A model generated the notes under the pieces. The model was given only the letters and a program-made list of their open reading frames with translations. It was not told where the DNA came from and did not search any database. Of a stretch of 64,000 nt of DNA, positions 13,335 through 26,990 are shown in pieces. Within the stretch, counting starts at the first letter, position 1; every line of letters begins with the position of its first letter. The position numbers and the translations under genes were made by a program. Origin of the DNA: Callorhinchus milii (taxonomy: Eukaryota); assembly GCF_018977255.1 (NCBI RefSeq), contig NW_024704742.1:135534001-135598000 (forward strand). Direction: 5' to 3'.

Positions 13335-13630
13335 ATAGAAACATAGAAACAGGAGTAGGCTATTCAGCTCCTGGAGCCTGTTCCGTTATTTTATAAGATC
13401 ATGGCTGATCTATACCTCAAGTCCAATTACCCCCCCCATATCTCGTAATACCCTGATCCAACAAATATCTATCTGCCTCCTGCTTGAAAATGTGAATGGA
13501 TCCAGGAGCCACAGCCTTTTGGGGGAGAGAATTCCAGACTTCACTACCCTTTGGGTGAAAAACTGCGTCCTGATTTCACTCCTAAATGGCCCAGCACTAT
13601 TTTTAAGATTATGTCCTTGTCTCATTTAAG
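13335..13630 (-). mobile_element. CR1-clade LINE 3' fragment (second family)
   Basis: FRSEIRTQFFTQRVV peptide and a 3' end with gaatagcctactcctgtttctatgtttcta. Related copies at ~39865-40170(-), 24325-24520(-), 11230-11315(+). Confidence 0.8.
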
Positions 13631-15994
13631 ATTATGCCCCAATTAATATATATTATGTTATTATTTATTATTATATTATTACATTATATGATATACTATT
13701 ATAATATTATTATTATATAAATATTATTGTGCTGGATTCCCCTACCAGAGAAAATAGTTTATGGATGGAGCGAGACTGAGAAGGTATTTTAAGCTGTTAT
13801 CACGTGTTTGGCAATTGCTTGAGACCATAAGAATTGCTGGACAAAAAAAAAACAAGGTCCATCCAGTTCACCTTCCACCATCCTGGCAGTGGCTTGACAT
13901 GTCATGTCCCAAACTATATAGTGTATCCCACGATAATATGAGCAAGTGTAAACTGAAGCCAACTGTGTACTTTGTAGGTGAGCGGCCTAGATAATTTACT
14001 ACGTTCCCCCCATCCTAATGACATGACCCCCGAATATGCTGTGCTCCTTCCCTACCCCACCTCCCAGCGCTGCAGTGGGGCCTCAGCCTAGGTTTGGCCC
14101 TTGGGGACAGACAGGGCTTTGAAGCGCTTTGAGACATCTTCCCAACTTGGAAGGTTCTATATATATATGTACAGTTGGTATTTGATGTCGTAACCAAAGG
14201 TGAGAGGGCGACCGACTGAGCCAGACTGACCCCCAGTTTTTCCATCAAATAAAACTCCTCCCTCACTCCTTGACTTGTTTGTGGGACACTGCTGTGCGTA
14301 ACTATTTCGCCTACGAAATACACAAGTCGATCCACCGAGTGTATCCTGCGAAGGGTTTTGAGATCTCTAAACGACGTGGCAAGGCTTTATGCAAGGATCA
14401 TTATTATTATTATCATTATCATCATCTCAAAACACAGTGACAAGAAGGCTTAAAAACTTTCTTTTTTAAAAAAAAGCCAGGCTTCCCCCGTGTTTCACTC
14501 TCAGCTAATCCCCAGTCCCGTCTGGTGTCATTTTCACACTCACACCCTCCGTTCCGTTTTGACAGTGACAGTGATTTCCTCGGTTTACGCCAATTAAGCT
14601 CTGCCTTCCCCCAAAGTTAACGCAGAGAAGTCGGTGTGCAGTGAGCAATATCTCAGCCTGGCTCACTCGTTTCACCATGCACTGGTACCCAAACCCATTC
14701 CCTCATCATGTGTAACTAGCATCAGAAGCACTGAGCACTATGCGGAGCAGTAAATAAATGAGCAGCGTCAACCGCTGCATTAGTCATGGAGACTCACACA
14801 TACACTGTATATGTTCTCACACGTTAGCACGGACCATGAGACACCAGGTGAGAGAGGCATGTGGACTCCCGTAGTGTAGTGGTTAGAACACTCACCTCGC
14901 AAGCGAGAGGACCTGAGTTTGATTCCCGGGCAGAGCAAAGACTTAGGCAAGTTTCCTTAGTCCCCACGCCTCTGTTTACCTAGCAGAACATGGTCATTAG
15001 TGGATATCACTTTCCAGGGTAATAATCCCTTCAAAAAAATTAAAATATAATAACTTGTTCACTCAATCCACGACTGTTGTTGGGACACAATTGTCTGCCT
15101 CGTTTTGCCCACAAAATATAGTCACTTCCCTTTGTAGTATATTCTGTGAAGCGCTTTGAGACGTAATAAGGCGCCATATCAAATGCAAGGGTTATTATTA
15201 TATTATTTATTTTTTTCTGGGCGGAAAAGGCATGCGTTGGCATGGGAGTGTGTGTGTGTGTGTGTGTGCGTGGAGGGGGGGGAATGAGGGGCGGGTGGAG
15301 GGCTGGTATTAAAAAACTAGATATTAAAACTCCACGGGCAGAAAGATAGCCAAACAGCTGTTACCTGACACACAGCCAAGTGAAGGAGGGTGTGTCTGTC
15401 TCTCTCTCTTTCTTTCTTTCTTCTTTCTCTCTCTCGACAGGGTCACTGGAAGGGAGAATGTAGTGGCTTGATGGTGTGTGTGTGTGTGTGGTGTGGGGGG
15501 GGGGGTGTGGGGAGAGTGGGGCGGAGGTACGGGGGGGTGCGAGGGTGGTGATGGGGAAGAGAAGGAAATGAGAAACAGCTACATAAATACATTAATACAT
15601 GCTATCAAGACTGTCAAATGCAGTTTGTCACACTGACTGATAAAACCACAGATATTATTTTTTGCTCCAACCGACCACTTGTCAGCTCCGTAGATAGCAA
15701 TCTATGCAAATGTCAACATCCTGACTGCTCTGCCCTTTCCTGAAATTGCATTTCATTTCTTGTGCCCGAGTGCGTGTGCCTATATCGAAACCTTACCGAG
15801 AGATGCTGAGGCTTTTTTTTTCGTCGCAACAGAGGCTAAGGAGTGGGGGGTGGGGGCGGGGGGGGACGTGGGGGGGGTGGGGGGTGTCAAACAGAGGCAA
15901 ATCAAGTTCGCGACTGTAGGTGGAGGGGATGTCGCTGTGCGCAAATTGACTCCCCCACTCGCTCACGCCAATAAACAGTGACAACAACAACTGT

Positions 15995-16505
15995 ATAGTG
16001 CCCCTTGACTGGTTCAGGTCCTACCTTTCACACCACCTGCACTTCGTCTGGGCAAACGGCTTTTCCTCCAGCCCCCGAATTGTCTCGTGCGGTGTTCCTC
16101 AGGGCTCTGTCCTCGGTCCCCTCCTCTTCACTCTCCACATGCTCCCCCCCCTGGTGACGTGATCCGCAGACATGGGGTAAATATACGCGGATGACACCCA
16201 ACTCTACCTCTCTGCTCCACCCTGAACTCCAGGACTACCTGACCGACTGCCTTTCCGTCCTGGATGAGGGAAAACCTTCTCCAACTCAACGTCAGCAAGA
16301 CCGAGGCCCTCTTGATTGGCTCGCGCCAGCGTCTCCGCACCTCAGGCGCTGGCAGCATCAGCCTCCATGGTTGCACACTCAACCTCACTAAGCCAGTCAG
16401 GAACCTGGGTGTCTTGTTTGACCCTGAACTGTCCTTTCTCCCCCACATCCGCACCATGACCGGCACTACTGCCTACCACCATCTCCGCAACATTGCCAGA
16501 CACTA
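15995..16505 (+). mobile_element. L2-clade LINE ORF2 reverse-transcriptase fragment (decayed)
   Basis: Translates as LDWFRSYL...[14 protein letters not shown]...YADDTQLYLS...LQLNVSKTEALLIG...VRNLGVLFDPELSF...HLRNIAR, with frameshifts. Confidence 0.9.
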
Positions 16506-19239
16506 CCCCGCAGAAAGGGCGCTCTCTCAATGAAGTCGTACCTGCTGACGTTTTTTAACGTGCTTTTTCCTGCAGAATGTAGTGACTGGCCATTTTTTTG
16601 TGGGCGAACGCAGCAGTCAATTCGCGCACAGCGATGGGAATCCTTGGCCAGGACACCGGGAGAAATTCCCCTCTCCTTCTTTCTTGCCATGGGATTTGTT
16701 ATCGACGGATTCAGCAGTGGGGGGGGGGGGGGGGGCCAGGACGTGTGTACGTTTCGTGACAGTCACGGAAACGAAGGGTTAAAGATCACGAGTCTGGCTG
16801 TTGGGTGGGTGAGCGGTGGCCGGGTGGGCGGGTGGGGGGAGGGGGGGAGGGGTGAGGTTGGGGCGGGGGTGTTGGGTTGAGATGAAGTTGGCGGGTTTTG
16901 GGAGGAGGAAAAGGTCTGTGAAGGGACTCGGGAGATGAGCCGGGCCTTGGGAAGTCTTTGGAATGAAGTCATGGAAACTCAGCTGCAGTATTCAAAAAAT
17001 GTTGACTCCGGGGAGCATTTGAGAGAAACCAAAATGTGCAGATTGTTTTTCCTCCTCACCCCATCTCCGCTCCTCGAGGCATTGGTTACGAGGCCGGTCA
17101 TGTCAGGTTGTGTGTGCGTGTGTGTGTGGGGAGGGGGGAGAGTGAGTTGGGTTGGGGGTGTGGGGGGGGGGGGGGGGGGCGGTTAATTGGAATGAAAAAA
17201 GCTTTGTTAGTTCCTATTTTTTAGCGTGACTGGGGATCGTTGTGTCTCTCGCTTCGTTCGCTGTCTGGAATGTGTAGCGCGTTGCTGAAGAACAAAATTG
17301 TTTCACTCAATCGTTCCTTATTTACCACTCTTAATTCACCTAAATAACCCTCTTCCTCCTCTCCCCCCCCCCCCCACCCCGCCCTCTCTCTCTCGCATCT
17401 CTCCCTCCTCCCCTTAGCAATTTACTGGGGGTGGGGGGGGGAAGAGGGGAATTCTTGTGAGATGTTTGCTATATTTTAGAGAAAAGAACGAAAACAAAAC
17501 GAAATAATAATGACCTTTACATTCGAGGCAGAGCCTTATCATGACGATTAAATATCTCAAAGTACTTCACAGGGTGTTACTGTAAAGTGCAGTGACTGTG
17601 CTTCTGGTGGGTAGTTAATTTGCACAAGGAAACGTCCCACAAACAGCCGTGAAGCGAATTGATCAATTTTAATTGGGGGAATTGTTGGCCAGGACAGCGG
17701 TGGAGAGAAACTCCCTTTTTCTTGCCATGGGATTATTGCCCATACGCAGGCGGGACCTCAGTTTTATCGTCTCATCCGAAGCACAGCACCGCCAACATGG
17801 CAGCACTCCCCCCTCACCAGCACTACGCTGGAACGTCAGCCTCGACTAGAGTTCGAAGTCCCGACGTGGGGCTTGAACTCGCAATCTTCTGACTCCGAGG
17901 CGAGAGCGTTAGCAACTGAGCAAGATTGACACAGGGCATAGATGGGATGTGTGGATATCGGGCAACAAATGTTGTCATTTATCCTCAAATAGACAACAGC
18001 GAGGGAGTTGAAGACGCTTTATATTTTATTCTGAAGCTGTCATTTTATGTACGAGTGCTGGATAGAAGTGGGGGGGGGGAGAGAAATACAATACAATTTA
18101 CATGTACACAGTGCCTTTCACGTCGATTGTATTAATGTGGTGGTTTGGCAGGACAGGCGTGGGGGTGGGGGGGGGAATAAATCCGTGAAATTAGACCCCC
18201 TCCAAGTCACATTTTGCCACATTGTCAGAGATGCCGTATTTCGGATGAGATGTTAACCCGAGGTCTCATCTGTGCTTGTTCATGTGGAGGTTAAAGGTCC
18301 CTGTGTCCCCGCCAAGAATCCTTTGGATAAAATTGGTCGTTCACTTCATGGCTATTTGTGGGGGGGGGGACACTGCTGTGCCAAATTAGCTGCTGCGTTT
18401 GCCTACAAAAAAAAGCAGGCACTGCGCTTTACAACGAACCCCGGGAATCACGTCGAGACGTCCTTGCGACGTGGAAGACGCCGCGTGAACTGCAAGCCTT
18501 TGGTCGTCGGCGTGCGTAAGAAAGACGGGCACAAAAAATTAAACGCTGCCGCCCTTCGTTGCCTGTTTCGCTCCAGCGTTTGCAAAGAGAGTCACCTAGG
18601 CGCGCGCGGACAGTCTGCCCCGATCGCCGTGCTCTTTGACTTGACGATCCTGTGTTAAATTCAGCGAGAGTCGGTCCGCAGGCAGAGGGCTCCATGTTCA
18701 GGGCTGCGAAGTGTTTTGAGTGTGCTCATGCGCCACCTTAAGGGCTGTCGGGGTTACTGCAAGCCAGGCTCCCGTCGCCTTACAGCTGAGACTCGGTCTA
18801 CGCGCGAAGACGGGTAGGAGTCACTTATGGCCAGGACCGTCTCGCCAACTTGCCCCCTGCATCGCTGACGTGCAATTTCAGGCCATTCGAGGGGTCCTGT
18901 AGCTCAGCGGTTAGAGCGACTCGCTTCGCAAGCGAAGGGACCCGGGTTCGATTCCCGGCAGGGCGAAAACCTTGGGCGAGCTTCCCTGCTCCACACCCCT
19001 GAAAATAATCTCTCAAGAAGAAACAAAAAACCACAATAAATTGGTCGCTTCAATCCACGGCTGTTTGTGGGACGCTGCTGTGCGCGCAATTGGCTGCCGC
19101 GTTTCGCCCACAATTATACAGTCAATTCACTTTACAGTAGATTCTGTGAAGCGTTTTAAGACATCTCGAAGACTTGATAAGGCGCTATATGAAATGCAAG
19201 GATTATTATTATTATTCGGCCTCGCAATGATAATAATAA

Positions 19240-19490
19240 TCAGAGGCCATGGCCTGCGATTGAAGGAGGGAACCGGTGGGAACGCTAGTTGTAGGCAGTA
19301 AACGTATGGAACAAGCTCCCTAGGGAGACGGTGGAAATAGAAAGGGTTGATTCTTTCAAGCACACATTAGGATAGATTTCTGTAAGTGTATAGCTTGGGA
19401 CACGACATGTCAAGCGACTGCCAGGATGGTAGAAGGCGAACTGGATGGACCTTGGTTGCCTTTCGCCAGCAAAATTCTTATGCTCTTATG
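19240..19490 (+). mobile_element. CR1-clade LINE 3' fragment (third family)
   Basis: RGHGLRL...WNKLP-like remnant and 3' end gaactggatggaccttgg...ttcttatgctcttatg. Related pieces at ~13830-13930(-), 39140-39230(+), 49850-49960(+). Confidence 0.7.
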
Positions 19491-22400
19491 CCCTTGCATT
19501 TGATACGCCACCTTGTTACATCGTTCAGACGTCTCAAAGCGCTTCGCAGGATGCACTGCAAAGCGGAGTGACTGTGTATTTTGTGGGCGAAATGCGGCAG
19601 CTGATTGCACACAGGAGTGTCCCACCAACAGACGTGGAGTGAGGGACCAATTTTATTTAGGGGATTGTTGGCCAGGACACCAGGAGAGAGAAACTCTTTT
19701 CTCTTATCGAATAGTGTCATGGAGCATCCACTATCCACTTGAACAGGCAGATGGGACCGAGTGGCGTATTAAATATAACAGACTAGTTTTGTATTATAAT
19801 AATAATCCTTTCATTTGACACAGCACCTTTTGCATAAGGAGGATGTCTCAAAGTGCTTCACAGGATTCGCTGTGCGATATCCTGTGTGCAGGGTGCTGTA
19901 TAAATAAATGTCGGTAGAATTGAAGTGCTTTGGGATGCCCTCCTGACATGAAAGGAGCTAAAAAAAAATGGCAATTTGCTGTGGCTGTGGTTGAGGTTAA
20001 TTTCTCCTTCTCGAAATTGGGCGCCCAAAACTTGGCACATTTAATACTCCCAAGTGACCCCCTGATCTGAGCCCTTCAACAGCTAATTTGAGCACAAACA
20101 GCCATCGAACTTCCCATAAACAGCCATCAAACGGCCAATTTTATCTTGGGTTTTGTTGACCCCCCCCACCACAGCACTGTGTACCCTTCAGTCGCTAGTG
20201 TTAACGCTCGCTTCATCATTATAGACTGCTCCTGCAAATAGAATGGATTTTACAGGCAGAAACACTGCGTTCAACAAGTCGGCAAACACTTAGTATTGAC
20301 CTAGACTGAAGCATGTTATTTTTCATTTCTTTGCTCTGTAAGCTGTCTCGCTCTCTCTCTCTCTCTCCTCCCCACCACAGCACCGGACGTCCCTGTTAAT
20401 CTCATCAATTTGGTTGGAACCACAGACTGGCCTGCAGTGGCTGTTTTTTTGGTTCCAGTCTTTGATCCACCTATTATCAGGAGGTGCTGCTGAGCAGCTG
20501 AGGAAATATTTGCAGCCCACTCAAGTTAGGTCACTCTCTGTCGATCTCTCGGTCGATCTCACTCTCACTCTGTCTCCATCTCTCTCCCCCCCACCGCGCC
20601 CCCCACTCTCTCACTCTGTCTCCATCTCTCTCTTTGTCTCAATCGTACTCGTCTCAATTTCTCCCTCTCTCTTTCTCTGCCTCTCTCTCTCTCAACTTCT
20701 CTATCTTGTATTTTCTCTCTCTCTCTCTCTCTCCCTCTCTCTCGTTGTGTCTCGTTCTCCATCTTTTTTGGTCTTAACCTCTCTCTCTCTCTCGATCTCT
20801 TGTCATAGTTTTGTCTCGTTCGTTGTGTTTTGTTCTCTCCGTCTTATTCTCCATATGTTTGCCTCATTGTCAGATCCCCCCCGCCCCCCCCCCCCCCCCC
20901 CCCTATGGTATAACAGGTCCATGAATAAATATGGCCACCGACCTGTCCTGTTTCCGGGTCATCAGATCAGGCAATGAAATCACTTCGTGTGTTGTTAGCG
21001 CTCTCGAAATCACAAGGGTGTGTTTGCAAGTTGGGGCTTTGAGCTCGCACAGTCTAAGCTGACACTCCAGGGTAGTGCCGGGGAGTTGCTGCATTTTTGG
21101 AGGTGCCGACCTTCTAATGAGGCATTAAACCAAGTTCCCGTCTGTGCTCTGTTCAGGCGGACGTTAAAGATCCCATGGCGCTGTTTGAAAACAGAAGGAA
21201 ATTTCTCTCTCCTGACCAACATTTCCCCAATAAAATCGTCCGTTCACATCATTGTAGGATGTCGCTCTCTCTTAGCTCCCGGTATTTGACTACAAAATAC
21301 ACAGTCACCACCTTACAGTGTAATCCTGTGAAGCGCTTTGAGAAGTCCTCCAGGCGTGAGAAGACGCTAATTCAAATACGAGGATTAAGACACCCGGCTG
21401 ACCAAAAAAATTGGTGAGAGGAGGTTTAGATGACTATTACAAAAATAATATAATAATAATCCCTGCATTTGATGCAGGGCTTTATCACGTCTCCGAGACC
21501 TCTCATAAAGCACTTCACAGAATATACTGTAAAGTGAATTGACTGTAGAAACGCGGCAGCCAATCGCGCACAGCAGCGTCCCACAAACAGCCACGGATTG
21601 AAGTGACAAAGTTATTATTAATTTACTTCAAAGGGATTATCATCCCCGGAAAAGCAATCCGCCAATTGGCTTCACAAACGGCTTCCCACTTACTGCTAGC
21701 CAAACGGAAGCGTGTGGAGTAAGGAAACTTGCCCAATGTTTCGCCCTGCCCGGGAATCGAACCCAGGTCCCCTCGAGTGCTCTAACCACTGAGCTACAGG
21801 ACTTACGCTTGTGATTTTGGGAAAATTGTGTCGAAACTCAGAGAGAAATTCTCCCTCTGCCCCCAGAGAGATGATACGTAGAGTTGGTTGTAGTGTGTGG
21901 TCTGTGGGCTTGGCTGCCCAGTTTGCCTTCCCAAAGCTCTCTTATGTACACAAGCTGTGGTTCGCATCCAGTCTTCATTACACATGTTAAGAGGCCGAAA
22001 TGTGAAGTGATTCACTTTGAGTAGGCAGAGAAAAAGAGCCAACTAGACAGCGAGGGAGAGAGGCAAAGGTTCACAATGTGGAACTCGCTTGTGGTGGGAA
22101 CAGAAAGCGTCCACATATCGAGGAGGAAATCTTGGTTCAGACATGAGGGAGAAGGGAACAGAGTGGATAATATATATATATATATATATAGAGTATAATA
22201 ACCTCAATCTGCCTTCAAAAGGGGCATCGCGCAGAGTAAATTCCAGAGGAAGGTCAGCAAATCGACAGTCACTACACTTTGCAGCGAAATCCCGTGAAGC
22301 GCTCTATCCTACATGCGGGGCCAGCTATATAAATGCAAGTTGTTGTTGTTGAAGCACTGGGACGCGATGCACGCTGAACGTGAGAGAGAAAATAATGACC

Positions 22401-25099
22401 TGACGCCAACGTCCCTTGAGTTTGATTCAGAGCTTGATCATGTCACGGTGATTTTACTGTAAAGAGTAGTAAAGTTTCAGGGCCTTGGGACGTCCTCGCG
22501 ACGTGAAAGGCGCTACATTAACACAACTTGCTGTTGTACTGACCGTGAAGATTGTGGGTGAACCTTTGCAGCCAATTTGGGCGCAGCTCTGAGCCACAAA
22601 CAGCCGCTGAAGTGAAAGAGCAATTTATTTGGGGGGAATTGTTGGCCAGTACGCTGGGAAAGAGAGAGAGAGAGAGAGAGAGACTGACGACCCGGAAGCA
22701 GGACCTGTGGCCATTTTTATTTCACTGACCTGTTATATCGTGGGGTTAGCTGATGCTTTTTGAGCCACGGGGCACCATGTTATAACAGAGTTGGACTGTA
22801 ATGAACTTGACTTTTCACAGATGAACTTTTCCTCCGCTCCCCCACCTCTCCCTCTCTAGCTCCTTGATTTTAGCTGAAAATTAACTTGTAAACAAAACAT
22901 GAAAGTGCCGTAAAGTATTCATTACCCTAAGCAATGAACTGCTAAATTGATAAATCTTGAGATTCCGCACTGGGCTACTTTGCAATCGTAATTTCACGTT
23001 TCCTTTATTTTGGTGCTTATTCTGGTATTTTAAACCATTTGTCGTTGCACTAAGTTGCATCGTGTTTGCGTAACTCGGTGCTCTAATAACGACTGCATTT
23101 GATAATGGTCCCTTTCTCATCGGGAGAACATCTCAGAGCGCTTCATAAAGTGTAGTGACTGTGTTATTTTTGGAGGCGAGCCCAGCAGCCAATTCGCACA
23201 CAGCAACGTCTCACAAACCAGCCACGAAGTGAGTGACCGATTCTATCAGTGCGTTGAACCCACAACCATTTAGACCATCCTCTTGGGATCTGTTTGTGGG
23301 GCATTGCCGCGTGCAAATTGACTGTCTAACGTTCTACAAGCGCTTTGAGATATCTCAACGACACAATAAGGGGCTATGCCAAACACAAGAATTATTATTA
23401 TCTTATCTTGTAACATGTCTGTGGCTTGGCAAGTGGGGGTGGGGGGGTAAGCGGAGAGGAGGGCGGAGGAGGGGGAAAAGGAAGGGCTTGGTTGATTGAT
23501 TTCCAGCTCTGTTTAGACAATTTGGACCATGTGGAGTCCTGTAGCTCAGTGGTTAGAGCACTCGCCTTGCAGGTTAGAGGGTTCAATTCCAGGTAGGGCG
23601 AAACCTTCGGCAAGTTTCCTTACTCCACACGCCTCACAATAATCCCTCCAAAAAACATAACAATAATAAATTGGTCATTTTCAATCCACGACTGTTTGTG
23701 GGACGCTGCTGTGCGCAATTGGCTGCCGCGTTCGCCCACAAATATACAGTCAATTCACTTTACAGTATATTCTGTGAAGCGCTTTGAGACGTCGAGAAGA
23801 TGTGAAAAGCGCTATATCAAATGCAAGGATTATTATTATTATTACTACACAGCTGTTTGTGGGACACTGCTGTGGGCAAATTGTCTGATGTGTTTGCCCA
23901 CACAGTTACTGCGTTTTACAGTGCAACAACCACAACAACGAGCCTGTTCCACCACTTCTATAATAATCCTTGCGTTTGATACAGTGCCTTATCACGTCGT
24001 CGAGACATCTCAAAGCGCTTCACAGGAAACACTGTAAAGTGAAGTGACTGTGTATTTTGTGGGCAAAACGTGGTAGCCAATTGCGCACACCAGCGTCCCA
24101 CAAACAGTCGTGGATTGAGTGACCAACGTTTTTTTTGGGTGGCGGGATTATTACCCTCAGAAAGCGATCTGTCAATTGACTAACAACCAGGTCCCTACCT
24201 TACCAGTCGATAAACGTGTGGAGTAAGGAAACTTGCCCAAAGGTTCGCCGTACCCGGGAATCGAACCCGGGTCCTCTCGCTAGCGAGGCGAGCGCACTGA
24301 ACACTGCGCTACAGGTCTCCAGGTTATGACTGATCTGTACCTCATCTTGATTTGCTCAGTATCCATCGGTCCCCTGACCTAACAAACATCTATCCATATC
24401 AGTCTTGAAAATGTGAATAGATCCAGCCATAATCCACAGCCTTTTGGGGGGGATGGGGTGGGGGGGGGGGGGGCAGAGAGAGAGAGAGACATCCAGATTC
24501 CCACTGTGCCTTGTGTGACTAGTTTCACCACTTGTTTTCTCCCTCGCTTATCGGATATTAGCCTCTGTAATTTGGGCGTAATTCAATCCACTGGGAAACC
24601 GAGAGGGAATCATACAGTGCACTGTGCAGTTGGTTCATCGCAATGGGGGTGGTTAGATGTCAAAATTCCTACCGACCATTCCAACTATTTCATGGGATTC
24701 TTCCCAGGTTTCTGTTAACCCTGCCAGTCAGTAGCCCTTGAGCCATGGGCTCAAGGCCTACCCCCCCCTCCCCCAGCCCGCTCCTGCCCGCCAGCCCGCC
24801 CCTGCGTTGGGACTTTGAACTTGAACCTGGGGACCACAAAACAAGAGGAAACCATTCAGCCCACCCAGGCTTCTTCCACTAGTTCATTATAACGACAACA
24901 CATTGCATTTATATAGCGTCTTTCGAGTCGGGAGGGTGTCCCAAGGCACTGGACAATGAGGGGTTTTCTCCCGAGTTGGGGATTGGAGCCAGAGGGGTGG
25001 AGAGCAAGTGGGGGTAGAGGAGGGAAGGTGACCAAAGGCATGGGTCGAAAAGGAAGATCTTGAGATGGACCTTGAAAGAGGGATGGGAGAGGGCGAGGC

Positions 25100-26990
25100 A
25101 GGGGGGCTTCTCACGCACACACTCTCATGCACACACTCATGCACGCACACACAGACGCGCACACACAGACGCGCGCACACACACGCATGCGCACACACGC
25201 ACGCGCACACCCACACGCACACACAATTCCCTCCTCCCCCATCCCAATTCTTAATATCTCAATACTATTGTTTCTCTTCAACCATTGCTTCGTCCAGTCT
25301 CCCTGATCACCACCGGAGTGGGCCAGGCCTCAGTGTTCAGTTGTGGCAAAATCGATCTGTGTCAGCGCAAATGATGCGTTGGTGTGTCATTCATGCCTGT
25401 GCGCACGCGCTTGTGCTCGTGCGCGCGCACGTGCAAATGTTTTTGCGTGCGTGCGCCTTTGCGCGTCGCGTGTACTTGCGCACATTGCGTGCACTTGCGC
25501 ACATTGCGTGCAGGCGTCTTGGGACGTGCGAGTGGCGCGCGCACGTTTCCGCACCGCATTCCCGGCGCTGAGCGTAAACGGGGAGAGGCGTGTGTCCTGC
25601 GCGTTTGCGCGTTGCTCTGTCCGGACGAGAGAGAGAGAGAGAGAGAGAGAGAAAGAAACAAAAGCCGGGGCGTGTTCGCTGAACAGAGAAAACAAGGCGT
25701 TCAGTGACCCTCCTTCTCTTCCTCAGTTTTTCCCTTCACGTTGGGTGATAAATATCTTTAAAAGCAGAGGGAGGGAACGAGCGAGTGAGGGAGGGAACGA
25801 GCGAGTGAGGGAGGGAACGAGCGAGTGAGGGAGGGAACGAGCGAGTGAGGGAGGGAACGAGCGAGTGAGGGAGGGAACGAGCGAGGGAGGGAACGAGCGA
25901 GTGAGGGAGGGAACGAGCGAGCGAGGGAGAGAGGGAGGGAGGGAGAGAAGGAGGGAGGGAGGGAAGAGCGAGGGAGGGGAAAGAGAGGGAACAGTATTTT
26001 GCTTGTTTAACGAATCTTGCTGAGTTCCTGGTTGCTAATGGCGGTGCCCACAGCATTCTCAGTTTACTTCTGTATCGCTGTGCGTGTAACATTTATCTGT
26101 GTACAATGCAATACCGCTGTCCTTGCATTGATACAGCGGCTCACCACGTCATCGAAGGGTGTCAATACCACGCTTCGCAGGACTTTCTGCCGCGCGGGAC
26201 AGTGACCGAACATCAGTAGGCGATATTTAACACAATGTACATTTTACCTCGTCGCCAGACCGCTTTGAGCATACATCCAGTGCAACAGGTGTACAGCACC
26301 ACAAAGTGCGCGGAAGGAAGACATCGCCGAGTTACCTTTCATTCCGCTGGCATGAGGGGCTGGCGGAGTTGGTAGAGAGAGGGGAGATGCGAGGGAGGGG
26401 AGGGGAAAGGGGGGGGGGAAAGAGGACGAGAGAGGGGGAGAGAGAGAAGGGGGTAGGTGGTGGGTGTGGGGGCGGTGGCGGTGGTGGTGGTGGGGAGGGG
26501 GGGGGGTAGAAAGTAGATTACAGCTAAAAAAAAAAAAATCACCATAAGGTCGGCATCGCATTTTTAATTTAGTAACTAACATATGAATAAATTTGCATAT
26601 TAATTAGTTGCAGATGAAATCATGCATATATAAGAGCTTCCTTACTGTGTTCAGTGTTTGTCAAAAGCCAAAGTCTAATCTGAAGGCTGTTGGGAGAGCG
26701 ATTTACATACAGCGGGTTGGGTTCTCGGGCAAAAAAAAAATCGGGGACGGGGAGGGGGTGCGCGCGCGTGTCTTTTTGGTATTGTTTTTGTTGTGTGTTT
26801 TCTTATTAAAGGGATGCAAAACAAAGTTCCCGTGCATTGTTCCCCGTCAGACCGTTATTTTTCAGCGCGCAGGATTCATCTGCTCATTGTCTGTGGTGCT
26901 AAATCTCCCGATGTGAAAGCGCTGTCTGATCGTGAATCGTATTGTGCAGAGACCCGCGCGCGCGCACTCACGCGGTTCACTATAATAAGA
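25100..26990. promoter_or_regulatory. CpG-rich intronic region with a POU/homeobox motif cluster; candidate internal promoter or enhancer
   Basis: CpG-dense blocks at 25130-25680 and 26740-26990; ATTTGCAT, TAATTA, CAGATG and TATATAAG clustered at ~26585-26635. Confidence 0.4.
25771..25930 (+). repeat. 20-bp minisatellite (GAGGGAACGAGCGAGTGAGG)n
   Basis: Five perfect tandem units at 25771-25870 followed by degenerate units. Confidence 0.95.

Noticed and set aside
18893..18970. tRNA-Ala genes at SINE A heads
   Set aside because: Each continues into a SINE body and tail, copies are diverged, and there is no Pol III terminator after the acceptor stem.
25771..25930. CRISPR-like array
   Set aside because: Head-to-tail identical 20-mers with no unique spacers, in a vertebrate intron; it is a minisatellite.
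26315..26360. Minus-strand peptide SGMKGNSAM resembling the Alt exon PGMGGNSLM
   Set aside because: Wrong strand relative to TCF4, no MYCAY start or YYYNGK end, and no sign of a local inversion; treated as chance.
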